Below, piece by piece: positions 53,069-62,373 of a stretch of DNA of 64,000 nt. Position numbers and translations under genes: made by a program. The stretch is from Terriglobia bacterium. Its GTDB lineage: Bacteria; Acidobacteriota; Terriglobia; JAJPHL01; JAPKYU01. The stretch spans positions 128,001-192,000 of the forward strand of contig CBDCVK010000010.1 in NCBI GenBank assembly GCA_965223005.1, in the 5' to 3' direction. The notes beneath the pieces are model-generated. The model worked only from the letters and a program-made list of their open reading frames with translations, did no database searches and had not been told where the DNA came from. How positions within the stretch are numbered: position 1 is the stretch's first letter; every line of letters starts with the position of its first letter.

Positions 53069-54163
53069 ATGGAACAACCCGTGCAACTTAGCAAAACCAC
53101 TTTCCCCTTCCTGCTGATAACAGCATTTCTGTTTTCATGCGGTACACCAAGAGCGCCCGAGAAGGCCACTGCTCCAGTCGAGGGAAAAATCGTCCCGACC
53201 GACGCCAAGCTGGAACACGTTTTCACGCGAACGGCCGACATCAAGGGAGGCCTGACAGAGGGACCGGCAGTGGCACCCGACGGCAGCATCTACTTTTCGG
53301 ACATCGCCTTCGGAAAAGACAAAGGCATGATCCTGCGCTTGGACCCGAAAACAGGCGAAACCACTGTCTTTGCCAAAGACAGCCACAAGTCCAACGGGCT
53401 AGCCTTCGACGCCGAGGGTCATTTGATCGCCGCCGAGGGGGCCGACTACGGCGGCCGGCAGATTTCGCGCTGGAACGTTGAAACCGGCAAGCGCACAACA
53501 TTGGCGGACAACTACAAGGGCAAGAAATTTAACGCGCCCAACGACCTCGCTATCGACAACCGGGGACGCGTCTACTTCAGCGATCCGCGATACCTGGGCC
53601 CGGAAACTCGCGATCTCGACTACTTCGCTATTTTCAGGGTCAACAAAGATGGGACGGTCATTGAAATTACTCGCGAGGTAGCTAAACCGAACGGTGTGGC
53701 CCTTAGCCTGGATGAGAAAACGCTTTACGCAGCCGACCTCGACAACGGGAGTGAGCATGTCGACGACCCTAATGCGCCGCCCGCAACGCCGGGACCAATG
53801 AAAGTCTATGCTTTCCCACTCAGTCCAGATGGCTTGGTATCGGGCGAACGGAAGACCCTAGTGGACTTTGGAGACCAAGCCGGCTGCGACGGCATGACCG
53901 TGGACGAAGAAGGAAACATCTATCTGGCGGTCCGCAGCGCGAAACGTCCCGGGGTAATGATCATAAATCCCGAAGGCGAAGAACTCGGGTTCATCCCCAC
54001 AGGTCCGCCCCACCAGGAAGGCGCGGAGAAACTAGTGGGCTTGCCAAGCAATGTCGAATTCGGCATCGGCGAAGAAGCGAACGTGCTCTATGTGACCATC
54101 GACACCAGCCTTTACCGGGTCCGGCTCAACGTTGGAGGCTCCCATCCTCACCACGCGCAGTAG
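53069..54163 (+). CDS. SMP-30/gluconolactonase-family lipoprotein
   Basis: TEGPA, SNGL, NAPNDL, PNGVALS, DGMTVD; LFSC lipobox. Confidence 0.9.
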   Translation: MEQPVQLSKTTFPFLLITAFLFSCGTPRAPEKATAPVEGKIVPTDAKLEHVFTRTADIKGGLTEGPAVAPDGSIYFSDIAFGKDKGMILRLDPKTGETTVFAKDSHKSNGLAFDAEGHLIAAEGADYGGRQISRWNVETGKRTTLADNYKGKKFNAPNDLAIDNRGRVYFSDPRYLGPETRDLDYFAIFRVNKDGTVIEITREVAKPNGVALSLDEKTLYAADLDNGSEHVDDPNAPPATPGPMKVYAFPLSPDGLVSGERKTLVDFGDQAGCDGMTVDEEGNIYLAVRSAKRPGVMIINPEGEELGFIPTGPPHQEGAEKLVGLPSNVEFGIGEEANVLYVTIDTSLYRVRLNVGGSHPHHAQ

Positions 54164-54166
54164 TGT

Positions 54167-54230
54167 GGCGAATGACAAAGCTTGCGCCCCCGGGTTCACG
54201 TGCCTGCCCGGCTGCAGCGGCTTGTTAGGC
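54167..54230 (-). mobile_element. Degenerate integron attC-like site
   Basis: Minus strand starts GCCTAACAAGCCGCTGCAGCCG; far end degenerate (GTCATTCGCC). Confidence 0.5.
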
Positions 54231-54467
54231 ATCAACATGCCCTTCCAAGACCCTGCGTCCCATCCGGCCTGAAGAGCCGGCCGGCAACATCGGCGTCCCC
54301 GACGAGAAGTTCTCTCATGAGCTTCTCGATCTCGCCGTCCACAAGGAGCCGGCTAGAAGAGCACAAGTCCGATCGGCCTTCTCAGTGAGCGAGCGTCTGA
54401 ACTCCAGCACTTCACCCAGGCAAAGGTTGATCTCCGGTGACAACTGGCCTAGCTTGTCACTATGCAT
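54225..54467 (-). pseudogene. Decayed cassette ORF resembling the MtlR (mannitol repressor)-family N-terminus
   Basis: EFRRSLTEKADRTCALLAGS, then +1 frame VDGEIEKLMRELL..LFRPDG; lies between two attC-like sites. Confidence 0.5.
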
Positions 54468-54495
54468 AGTCGTTCACGCTTTGCCTGCACGTTGT

Positions 54496-54578
54496 GCCTA
54501 ACGACCAGGCGCTGCAGCCAAACCCTCGCTTTTGGCGGCTTTGCTGCAGCCCGGCTCTGCTGTAGCCTATCGTTAGGC
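54496..54578 (-). mobile_element. Integron attC-like site (83 bp)
   Basis: GCCTAACGA...TCGTTAGGC (RYYYAAC/GTTRRRY) with inner GCTGCAGC/GCTGTAGC pairing. Confidence 0.7.
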
Positions 54579-54628
54579 CCGCTTGGCCGACAGTCGTGAG
54601 ACAATTCGTCCGTTGGAGGAGCAAACCG

Positions 54629-55726
54629 ATGATCGTCGATTCCCATGCCCATATCTTCGAAAACTGGCACGGCAAATGCGGGCATGACGCCAAGGATCTT
54701 CATCTTAAGTATATCCAGAAAAACCTTACTCGACCGGCGGCGCGGGTCTTCCGGACGCGCGACAGCGCCCCTGCTGATGCCCAACTGCTCTTTCGCCCGG
54801 GCGACAACTCTTGGGACGGTCTGCGCGACGATATCGGGTTTCGGGTGGGAACATGCGGCCGCATGGAGTTCGCCATCGACGGCACGGACTATTTCGTCCA
54901 GTATTATCCCGTTGGCATGGCCGCGATACAATCTCCGCCTGAGCTGATGCTGGCCCAGATGGGCTACGCGGGGGTCAGCCACTGCGTGCTTCAAGCGGGG
55001 CCGACCTACGGCATGATGAACGACTACAACGCTTGCGCGCAAAGCGCGCACTCTACCAAATTCACCGGCCTCTTACACGTGGACGACGCGATGGCCTACA
55101 CCCCCCGGTGGATGGAAGAGGTGGAACGTGCCTACCACCGCCTGGGCCTGCGCGGACTCTATTACTCGGTGGATTCCTTCGCCCGTTATGGCTTCCAGTT
55201 GGCCTTCAACGACGCACGTATGAGCCCGTTCTGGGAACTCATTGCCTCTCTCGATATCCCGGTTTTCATGGAGCTGAACGCCTCACCCACGTACGACGAG
55301 GGTGGCTACGTCGCCAATATCAAAAGGCTCGACGAGCTGCTCACCCGCTATCCCCAGGTCCGTTGGCTCATCGTGATGGGTCCCCCCGTGGCTTACTTTG
55401 CCAAAAACGGCAAATGGGAATTTCCCCCGGAGGTCGAGCAGGCCTACCATCGAGACAACGTACAGATTGAGGTCATGTTCCCGATCACCTGGGGCTGGCA
55501 TTGGGATTATCCCTATCCCGAGGCCCAGGTCCTCATCCGCGACTTGAGGGATAAATACGGCGCGGGAAAACTCATCTGGGGCTCGGATATGCCCAACGTC
55601 GAGCGCTTCTGCACCTACCGCCAGTGCATAGATTACGTGCGCCGGCACTGCGATTTTCTTACGGACGGGGAGAAGGAGTTGATCCTCGGCCGAAACGTTG
55701 TACAGCTGTGCAGAATCGAACTTTGA
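54629..55726 (+). CDS. Amidohydrolase_2-family protein
   Basis: IVDSHAH, LIWGSDMP, ILGRN; GGAGG RBS. Confidence 0.88.
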   Translation: MIVDSHAHIFENWHGKCGHDAKDLHLKYIQKNLTRPAARVFRTRDSAPADAQLLFRPGDNSWDGLRDDIGFRVGTCGRMEFAIDGTDYFVQYYPVGMAAIQSPPELMLAQMGYAGVSHCVLQAGPTYGMMNDYNACAQSAHSTKFTGLLHVDDAMAYTPRWMEEVERAYHRLGLRGLYYSVDSFARYGFQLAFNDARMSPFWELIASLDIPVFMELNASPTYDEGGYVANIKRLDELLTRYPQVRWLIVMGPPVAYFAKNGKWEFPPEVEQAYHRDNVQIEVMFPITWGWHWDYPYPEAQVLIRDLRDKYGAGKLIWGSDMPNVERFCTYRQCIDYVRRHCDFLTDGEKELILGRNVVQLCRIEL

Positions 55727-55753
55727 GATGGGATGGTGCGAAGGAGGTTGAAC

Positions 55754-56467
55754 ATGTACGGCTGGCGGGGAAAAATCGGATTGTTGGTCCCTTCCGCGAA
55801 CGCCGTTGCGGAGCCAGAAATGAATCGGGTTATTCCTGAAGGAGTTTCATGTTTTGCGGCGAGGATAAGAAACACCAGCACTGACTATGACGATACCTTG
55901 GCGATGCTCAAGCATGTCGAAAGGGCCGCAGATGAATTGGCCAGCGCCCACGTGGATGTCATTGCCTTCACCTGCACGTCCGGCAGTTTTGTGAAGGGTG
56001 GAACAGGTGAAGACGAGCTGAAGAAGCGAATCGAGAGAACCTCGCATATCCCTTCAGTGACCACCTCAGGAGCCGTCGTTCTGGCCTTGAAAAACTTCAA
56101 GGCAAAGAGGCTTGTCGTTGCAACACCCTATCCCGATGAGATCAATCGATTGGAGAAGCTATATCTCGAAGAAAACGGTTTCGAAGTCCTCACGATGAAA
56201 GGGCTGGGGATTACAGATGCTTTTCTAATCGGCTGCGAGATGCCAGACAACACATACCGATTCGTAAAAGGACTGGATAATGCCTCTGCGGACGCGATTT
56301 TCATTAGCTGCACGAACTTCCGAACGATGGACTTCATAGAACGATTGGAGAGGGACTGCAAGAAACCGGTGGTGACGAGCAATCAGGCGACCTTCTGGGC
56401 TGCCCTTCGGGCGATTGGATGTGGAGATTCCATCTCTGGTTTCGGAAGGCTACTGAAGCAATTCTGA
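55754..56467 (+). CDS. Maleate cis-trans isomerase / arylmalonate decarboxylase family
   Basis: IGLLVPSAN, FTCTSGS, TPY, FISCTNF, VTSNQA (two catalytic Cys). Confidence 0.9.
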   Translation: MYGWRGKIGLLVPSANAVAEPEMNRVIPEGVSCFAARIRNTSTDYDDTLAMLKHVERAADELASAHVDVIAFTCTSGSFVKGGTGEDELKKRIERTSHIPSVTTSGAVVLALKNFKAKRLVVATPYPDEINRLEKLYLEENGFEVLTMKGLGITDAFLIGCEMPDNTYRFVKGLDNASADAIFISCTNFRTMDFIERLERDCKKPVVTSNQATFWAALRAIGCGDSISGFGRLLKQF

Positions 56468-56549
56468 GCGGCCAGGTGATGGAGACACAAAAGGCGAGGG
56501 TGTGTAGCTCCATGTGGGGAACGTAACACTGAAAAAGGAAGAAGGGACC

Positions 56550-57731
56550 GTGCACAACAAAGAGATGATGACGGCGATGCTGGCGGCTTTCATTTTCCTC
56601 TCTTCTTGTGCATCCAAAACAGAATCGATCCGGATTGGGTATATTGGGCCGCTTACGGGCTCTGTTGCACTTGTGGGCACCGAAGGTGTGAAGGGCGTAA
56701 CGCTTGCGGTGGAGCAGATCAATGCTGCCGGTGGATTGTTGGGGCGCCCCCTGAAGTTGTATTCGGCGGATGACAAGTGCAACCCTGCAGAATCGGTCTC
56801 GGCCACAAGAAAGATCATTACCAGAGATGAAGTTGTAGCCACAATTGGGCACGGATGCAGTTCAGCCACGCTGGCGGCCATGCCGATCAATCAACAGGAA
56901 AAGATTCCGCATGTTGTTGAGACCTCAACGAACCCGATGATCACCGTGAGAGCAGGAGTGGGTGGCAATCGATGGATCTTTCGTCCTAACCTTCCCGACG
57001 ACATGAATGCTACGGTTTTTGCCAAGATGATCGTGGAACTCGGGGGAGAGAATGTCAGCTTTCTACTCGTCAATGACGACTGGGGACGAGGGGTCGCGAG
57101 TTCGTTCAAACGGGTCATCGAAAGTGAAGGCGGAAAGGTCCTCAACGTCGATTATTACGAGGAAGGCGAGACCAATTTCATGTCCGTGCTTACAAACATC
57201 AAAGGGCTTAACCCAGACGCGCTTCTTGTGGCCGCCAGGACTGGAAGTGGTGCTGTCATTATGAAGCAATATACCGAGCTCGGAATGAAGATGCCTGTGT
57301 TCAATCAAGGCGAGATGGTCAACGAGCAATTTGTGAAGCTGGTGGGAAAAGAAATCGCCCAAGGACTGATTGGATGTGAATCCTGGTATCCAGGAATACA
57401 AGATCCGATGAACAAGAAGTTCGAGGAGGATTATATCGCGAGATGGGGATATGACCCCATTGAACATTCCGCTTATAGCTATGTGGGCGTTCAGTTGATC
57501 GCAGAGGCAATCAGGATATCCCAGGCGGCCACACCCCAGGCGATAAGGGAAGGACTGACAAAGGTGGATTTGAAGACAATCGCTGGGCATATCAAGTTTG
57601 ACGAACATAATCAGGCATGGACATGGGTGGTCATCGCGAAAATCGACGATGGCAAGGTAAAGGTCATGAAGGCTGTGGAAGTCGGCAGACCCCAAGGCTA
57701 CTGGGAAGCCTGGGAAAAGAAAGCACAGTAG
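56550..57731 (+). CDS. LIV-type ABC transporter substrate-binding protein
   Basis: GPLTG, INAAGGLLGR, DDKCNP, NDDWG; LSSC lipobox. Confidence 0.9.
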   Translation: MHNKEMMTAMLAAFIFLSSCASKTESIRIGYIGPLTGSVALVGTEGVKGVTLAVEQINAAGGLLGRPLKLYSADDKCNPAESVSATRKIITRDEVVATIGHGCSSATLAAMPINQQEKIPHVVETSTNPMITVRAGVGGNRWIFRPNLPDDMNATVFAKMIVELGGENVSFLLVNDDWGRGVASSFKRVIESEGGKVLNVDYYEEGETNFMSVLTNIKGLNPDALLVAARTGSGAVIMKQYTELGMKMPVFNQGEMVNEQFVKLVGKEIAQGLIGCESWYPGIQDPMNKKFEEDYIARWGYDPIEHSAYSYVGVQLIAEAIRISQAATPQAIREGLTKVDLKTIAGHIKFDEHNQAWTWVVIAKIDDGKVKVMKAVEVGRPQGYWEAWEKKAQ

Positions 57732-57806
57732 GCCAGGGCAACAAATAAAACGCAAGCGCTCATAGGGTGATAGCGTTCCTGGGAACGACCTAGCGTAAGC
57801 CTGCGC

Positions 57807-58673
57807 ATGGAGACTTTCTTTCAGCTCATTGTGATCGGCCTGTCCTTCGGCGCCGTCTACGCGATGGTCGCAGTGGGACTCACCATCGTCTTCGGAATCC
57901 TTGAGGTCGTGAATTTCGCCCAGGGCGAGTTTTACATGCTCGGGGCGTATATCACGCTTCTGGCTTATACGGCTCAGCTCCCCTATCCACTTGCGATCCT
58001 GATTTCGGTCGGCCTGATGATCATCGTTGGGATAATCGTAGAGAGATTTGCCATCCGTCCCCTAATTGGAAAGGCATGGCAGCTACCGCTACTTTCGACC
58101 CTTGGAATATCTATCATCATGCAAAACGGTGCCATACTGCTTTGGACGCCCAATCCCAGGACAATCATCATGGATCTCGCGAGTATGAACATTCACATAT
58201 TCGGAGTTGTGATCACGTTCCAGAGGCTGTTGATCATTGTGTGTGCCCTGATCATTTTCACCGGAGTGCATTTCTTCATTCACCGCACAAAGACTGGTAA
58301 AGCCTTCCGGGCTGTTTCTCAAAACAAGGAGGCATGCCGTATTGTTGGAATCGACGTCACAAGGATTTCAACCATTGCCTTCGCATTGGGCGCCGGTCTA
58401 TCTGGTTTTGGCGGCGCTATCGTGGCTCCCATTATGGCCATCCATCCAGTGATGGGATTGCTTTTGGTCCCGAAATGCTTTGCAGCAGTCATCATGGGTG
58501 GCTTTGGCAATGTGAAGGGGACGATCTACGCATCATTCATCTTGGCCATCGTCGAGAGTTTTGCCGTGGCGTACGTTTCCTTGCAGTATAAAGATGTGTT
58601 CGCTTTCCTAGTGTTGATCCTCGTACTGCTGTTTAAGCCACACGGCCTATTTGGCAGAAAGATAGGAATATAG
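57807..58673 (+). CDS. livH: Branched-chain amino acid ABC permease
   Basis: GLTIVFGILEVVNFAQG, GGFGNVKG, KPHGLFG. Confidence 0.92.
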   Translation: METFFQLIVIGLSFGAVYAMVAVGLTIVFGILEVVNFAQGEFYMLGAYITLLAYTAQLPYPLAILISVGLMIIVGIIVERFAIRPLIGKAWQLPLLSTLGISIIMQNGAILLWTPNPRTIIMDLASMNIHIFGVVITFQRLLIIVCALIIFTGVHFFIHRTKTGKAFRAVSQNKEACRIVGIDVTRISTIAFALGAGLSGFGGAIVAPIMAIHPVMGLLLVPKCFAAVIMGGFGNVKGTIYASFILAIVESFAVAYVSLQYKDVFAFLVLILVLLFKPHGLFGRKIGI

Positions 58674-58685
58674 GCGCTAACGTAT

Positions 58686-60150
58686 ATGGGTAGAAGGAGG
58701 CCTCTGCTCACCATTGTTGGAGGAGTTCTCTTGCTCGGGGTTCCCTTCTACATAACCTCTCCTTACGTCATGCATCTGATCATCTTGTCAGGGATATACA
58801 TAATATTCGCTCTCAGTTACGACATCGTCGTCGGATACCTAGGAATGCTGTCCCTGGGGCACCCAGCGTTTTATGGAGTTGGAGCCTATGCCTCGGTTTT
58901 ATTGGTCATGAAACTGGAGGTTCCCTTTATTGTCGCTCTGCCACTTGCCGGTGCCGTGGCATCAATCGTTGCAGTGTCGGTGGGTTATGCAGCCTTAAGG
59001 CTATCGTACCATTCGTTCGCTATCGTGACGGTCTGGCGTTTACGCTCATTACTAGAGCGATATGGATAAACTGCGGTTCAGCTGACGAATGGTCCCATGG
59101 GGATTCCTGGCGTTCCAAGGCCAATTATAGATCTTCACCTTTCCTCGGCCGTGTCGCCTATCGACACTGGTCCACGGAATCGCTACTATTTTGTTCGGGT
59201 CCTTGGTGATCGCTACATGTGTGTGTATTTACTACATGATACACTCAAGGGTCGCCTGAAGAGGCGTTCCTTTCCATCAGGGACTAACGAGGTACTTGCG
59301 GAAAGCCCTCGGGGTCAACGCCTTCAAATACAGAGTGATCGCCTTCACAATCAGTGCTTGTTTAGCTACGGCCCCGAACGGCTCAGTGTTGTCACAGGAC
59401 TAAACGCTACTAGACACTGATTCTGAGAGTTTTTTACAGCGACTAGAGCGATATGGATAAACTGGGTTCAGCTGACGAATGGTCCCATGGGGATTCCTGG
59501 CGTTCCAAGGCCAATTATAGATTTCCCTTTCCTCGGCCGTGTCGTTATCGACACGTCCACGGAATACTACTATTTTGTTCTGTCCTTGGTGATCGCTACA
59601 TGTGTGTGTATTTACTACATGATACACTCAAGGGTCGGAAGGGCGTTCCTTTCCATCAGGGAGAACGAGGTACTTGCGGAAGCCCTCGGGGTCAACGCCT
59701 TCAAATACAGAGTGATCGCCTTCACAATCAGTGCTTGTTTAGCCGGCCTCGCCGGGAGTGTGACGGCCCACTATATTACTTTTGTAGGGCCTGAATTCTC
59801 CGACTTCTATTACATCACAATGCTTCTGATCATGGTGATTCTTGGCGGCTCTGGCACAATTCATGGAGTTATCCTGGGGGCGGTACTTGTTACCTTCATT
59901 CCAGAATATCTGAGAATAGCGCCCGAGTAGACGTTTATCCAGGGATTTTCTATTGAGCCAGTTCAGGTTCGTAGTACGGCCTTTGTAGGGTGTCTTTTGC
60001 CTTTCCCAGCCCTTTATCGTCCTTCTGGACGGACTCCTCCTTGGCGGCCCCTGGGCCCACTTATGCCCGAGACCAGGTCTGAAGAATTCAGGGAGCCCCG
60101 ATGGAAATCCATCCGAACGCACTCCTTTGCACAAGGAAGTTTAAAACAGC
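58686..60150 (+). pseudogene. livM: Branched-chain amino acid ABC permease LivM, disrupted by a noisy internal duplication (probably an assembly artefact)
   Basis: LSLGHPAFYGVGAY; TNGPMGIPG; GRAFLSIRENE; ILGGSG; two copies of an ~310-bp segment; end approximate. Confidence 0.75.
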
Positions 60151-60906
60151 GTGACACTACTGGAAACAATAGACTTGACCAAGAAGTTCCTTGGAGTGAC
60201 TGCTCTCGATAGAGTCAACCTTCACATCAATAAGGGTGAAATAGTTGGTCTCATTGGACCGAATGGTTCCGGAAAGACCACGCTGTTCAATTGCGTTACG
60301 GGTCTGCTGCCGGTTACGGGGGGAAGAGTCCACTTCAGGGGGGAAGACATCACCAACCTGAAGACTCATGAAATCGCCCTTAGGGGGTTGAGTAGGACGT
60401 TTCAGAGCATAAGAATATTTCCCGCAATGACGGTGATGGACAACATGCTGCTGGCGATACAACAGCATCAGGGAGAGCGGGTCCTTGCATCCATATTTCG
60501 AACTCCGCGCATCAGGCGCCTTGAAAAGGAAGCCGAGGAAAGGGCTTCCGAGTTATTAGAGCTCGTAAACATCGCTTACCTGAAGGACAACCTGGCTGGA
60601 CATCTTTCCTATGGGCAACAGAAGCTCCTGGAGTTTTCCATGGCGTTTATGCCTGACCCCGAGATCGTCTTGCTAGATGAGCCCGTAGCAGCCGTAAATC
60701 CAACGATGATCAGGAAGATGATGGATCACATCGTTCGCCTAAATAGGAAAGCGTATACATTCTGCATCATAGAACACAATATGGACGTCGTCATGGAGCT
60801 TTGCCACAGGGTAGTCGTTCTCAATTATGGAGAACAACTCGCGGAAGGGAGGCCGGAGGATATTAAGAGAAACGACGATGTTATCGAAGCTTACTTTGGG
60901 TCATAG
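60151..60906 (+). CDS. livG: ABC transporter ATP-binding protein
   Basis: GPNGSGKTT, LSYGQQK, LLDEP, IEHNM. Confidence 0.93.
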   Translation: MTLLETIDLTKKFLGVTALDRVNLHINKGEIVGLIGPNGSGKTTLFNCVTGLLPVTGGRVHFRGEDITNLKTHEIALRGLSRTFQSIRIFPAMTVMDNMLLAIQQHQGERVLASIFRTPRIRRLEKEAEERASELLELVNIAYLKDNLAGHLSYGQQKLLEFSMAFMPDPEIVLLDEPVAAVNPTMIRKMMDHIVRLNRKAYTFCIIEHNMDVVMELCHRVVVLNYGEQLAEGRPEDIKRNDDVIEAYFGS

Positions 60907-60948
60907 TGCGTGTATGGCCCGTCGTGGTGACGAGATGGTGCGGAACTT

Positions 60949-61662
60949 ATGAGTGAGGTAATACTGGACATCAAGGACTATGTTGCCGGCTACGGCGAGA
61001 TTGATGTTATCAAAGGAGTTTCCGCTCAGATCCAACGACACGAGATAGCATGTGTTATAGGCCCGAATGGGGCTGGCAAGTCTACTTTGGTTAAAGGAGT
61101 CTTCGGACTCATCAAAGCCCGACGAGGCAGCGTTCTGTTTGATGGCTCGGATATTACCAATCTCAACCCTGCTGGGCTGCTGAAAAGGGGATTGTCTTAC
61201 GTCCCGCAGGGTCGATGTAATTTTCCAGCGATGACTGTCAGGGAAAACCTAGAGATGGGTGCGTTCACGCGTAACGATGAGAAGATCGAGAACGACATCC
61301 AGGAGGTGATGGATAAATTCCCGGTTCTTCGAGAAAAGAAAAATGAAATGGCTGGCAATCTCAGTGGAGGTGAGCAACAAATTCTTGAGATGGGAAGAGT
61401 CCTGTTATTACATCCACGATTGATGTTGCTCGACGAGCCGTCTTTAGGCCTGGCGCCGAAGACAACTGAAATCGTATTCGAAAAGATCCGCGAGATCAAT
61501 TCCGATGGAATCGCCGTCCTGATTGTAGAACAGAATGCAAAGAGGGCATTGGCTATTTCGCATCATGCGATCGTCCTGGAGCTGGGAAGAAAGCGTTTCG
61601 AGGGAACTGGCGAGGAGATCATGCACAATGAGGAGGTGAAGCGTCTCTACCTGGGGGGATAG
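60949..61662 (+). CDS. livF: ABC transporter ATP-binding protein
   Basis: GPNGAGKST, LSGGEQQ, LDEPSLGLAP, VEQN, YLGG. Confidence 0.94.
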   Translation: MSEVILDIKDYVAGYGEIDVIKGVSAQIQRHEIACVIGPNGAGKSTLVKGVFGLIKARRGSVLFDGSDITNLNPAGLLKRGLSYVPQGRCNFPAMTVRENLEMGAFTRNDEKIENDIQEVMDKFPVLREKKNEMAGNLSGGEQQILEMGRVLLLHPRLMLLDEPSLGLAPKTTEIVFEKIREINSDGIAVLIVEQNAKRALAISHHAIVLELGRKRFEGTGEEIMHNEEVKRLYLGG

Positions 61663-61843
61663 TAGAGAGGCAGGGCGAGTAGGTCCGGATCACCTGAAAG
61701 GAACCGGGCGTTCACGGGGTGATGACGTTCCCCGGAATGCCACCCACTTGCGCCGCCCGGCATAGGCGCGCAACGATCTCCGCCTCAACCGAAAAACTGC
61801 AAGCATATACAGGTTCAGGGGATTGCCGGTGTCCGTAAACTAA

Positions 61844-61930
61844 TGGTGCCCAAGAGAGGACTCGAACCTCCACAAGCTTTCGCTCACTAGAACCTGAATC
61901 TAGCGCGTCTGCCAATTCCGCCACTTGGGC
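61844..61930 (-). tRNA. tRNA-Leu (anticodon CAG)
   Basis: GCCCAAGTGGCGGAATTGGCAGACGCGCTAGATTCAGGTTCTAG...GGAGGTTCGAGTCCTCTCTTGGGCACCA, 87 nt, long variable arm. Confidence 0.97.
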
Positions 61931-62043
61931 ACAGGGAACTATCTACTTGGCGGAAGATCCTATATGATTTTTTCACGTGAGCACCGCGCTGTCAACTTCC
62001 CCAGGCGGGCAGTCAGGAGTAGGAGGCTTAAGGAGCCACGATC

Positions 62044-62250
62044 ATGAGAAGTGGATGGCTACTCCTAGTCTTGATTATTGCGACAACAGTCGCAGCTTGG
62101 ATAACTACTTCTGTGGCGCGGCGGAGGATGAGACGAGCCCTCGGGAGGAATGTGAGAGACGCTGAGATCACCTCGATCGCTACCTGGATGAAGGTGGATG
62201 AAGCAGAGCGACGTGGCCAGGGGAACAAGGGTGATGCTCAACTCGCCTAG
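62044..62250 (+). CDS. Small single-TM hypothetical protein
   Basis: AGGAG RBS; N-terminal TM; RRALGR..ITSIATWM. Confidence 0.55.
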   Translation: MRSGWLLLVLIIATTVAAWITTSVARRRMRRALGRNVRDAEITSIATWMKVDEAERRGQGNKGDAQLA

Positions 62251-62373
62251 AGAAATGAGCCGGGAGGGCTTTGAGGACGATCGGTCTGGGCTTGGTCGAA
62301 TCATCCGGAAGGCGAAGCGTGCAGTTGAGGAGACAGCCGACAAAATTGAAGCCGTAGCCGACGACGCGAGCGA

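Noticed and set aside
59051-59745. livM duplication as a diversity-generating template/variable repeat pair
   Set aside because: Differences are scattered insertions, not adenine-specific substitutions, and no reverse transcriptase is present.
61677-61700. GAGTAGGTCCGGATCA as a seventh 15-6-15 site after livF
   Set aside because: Only TAGGTCC matches; neither spacer nor second arm is present.
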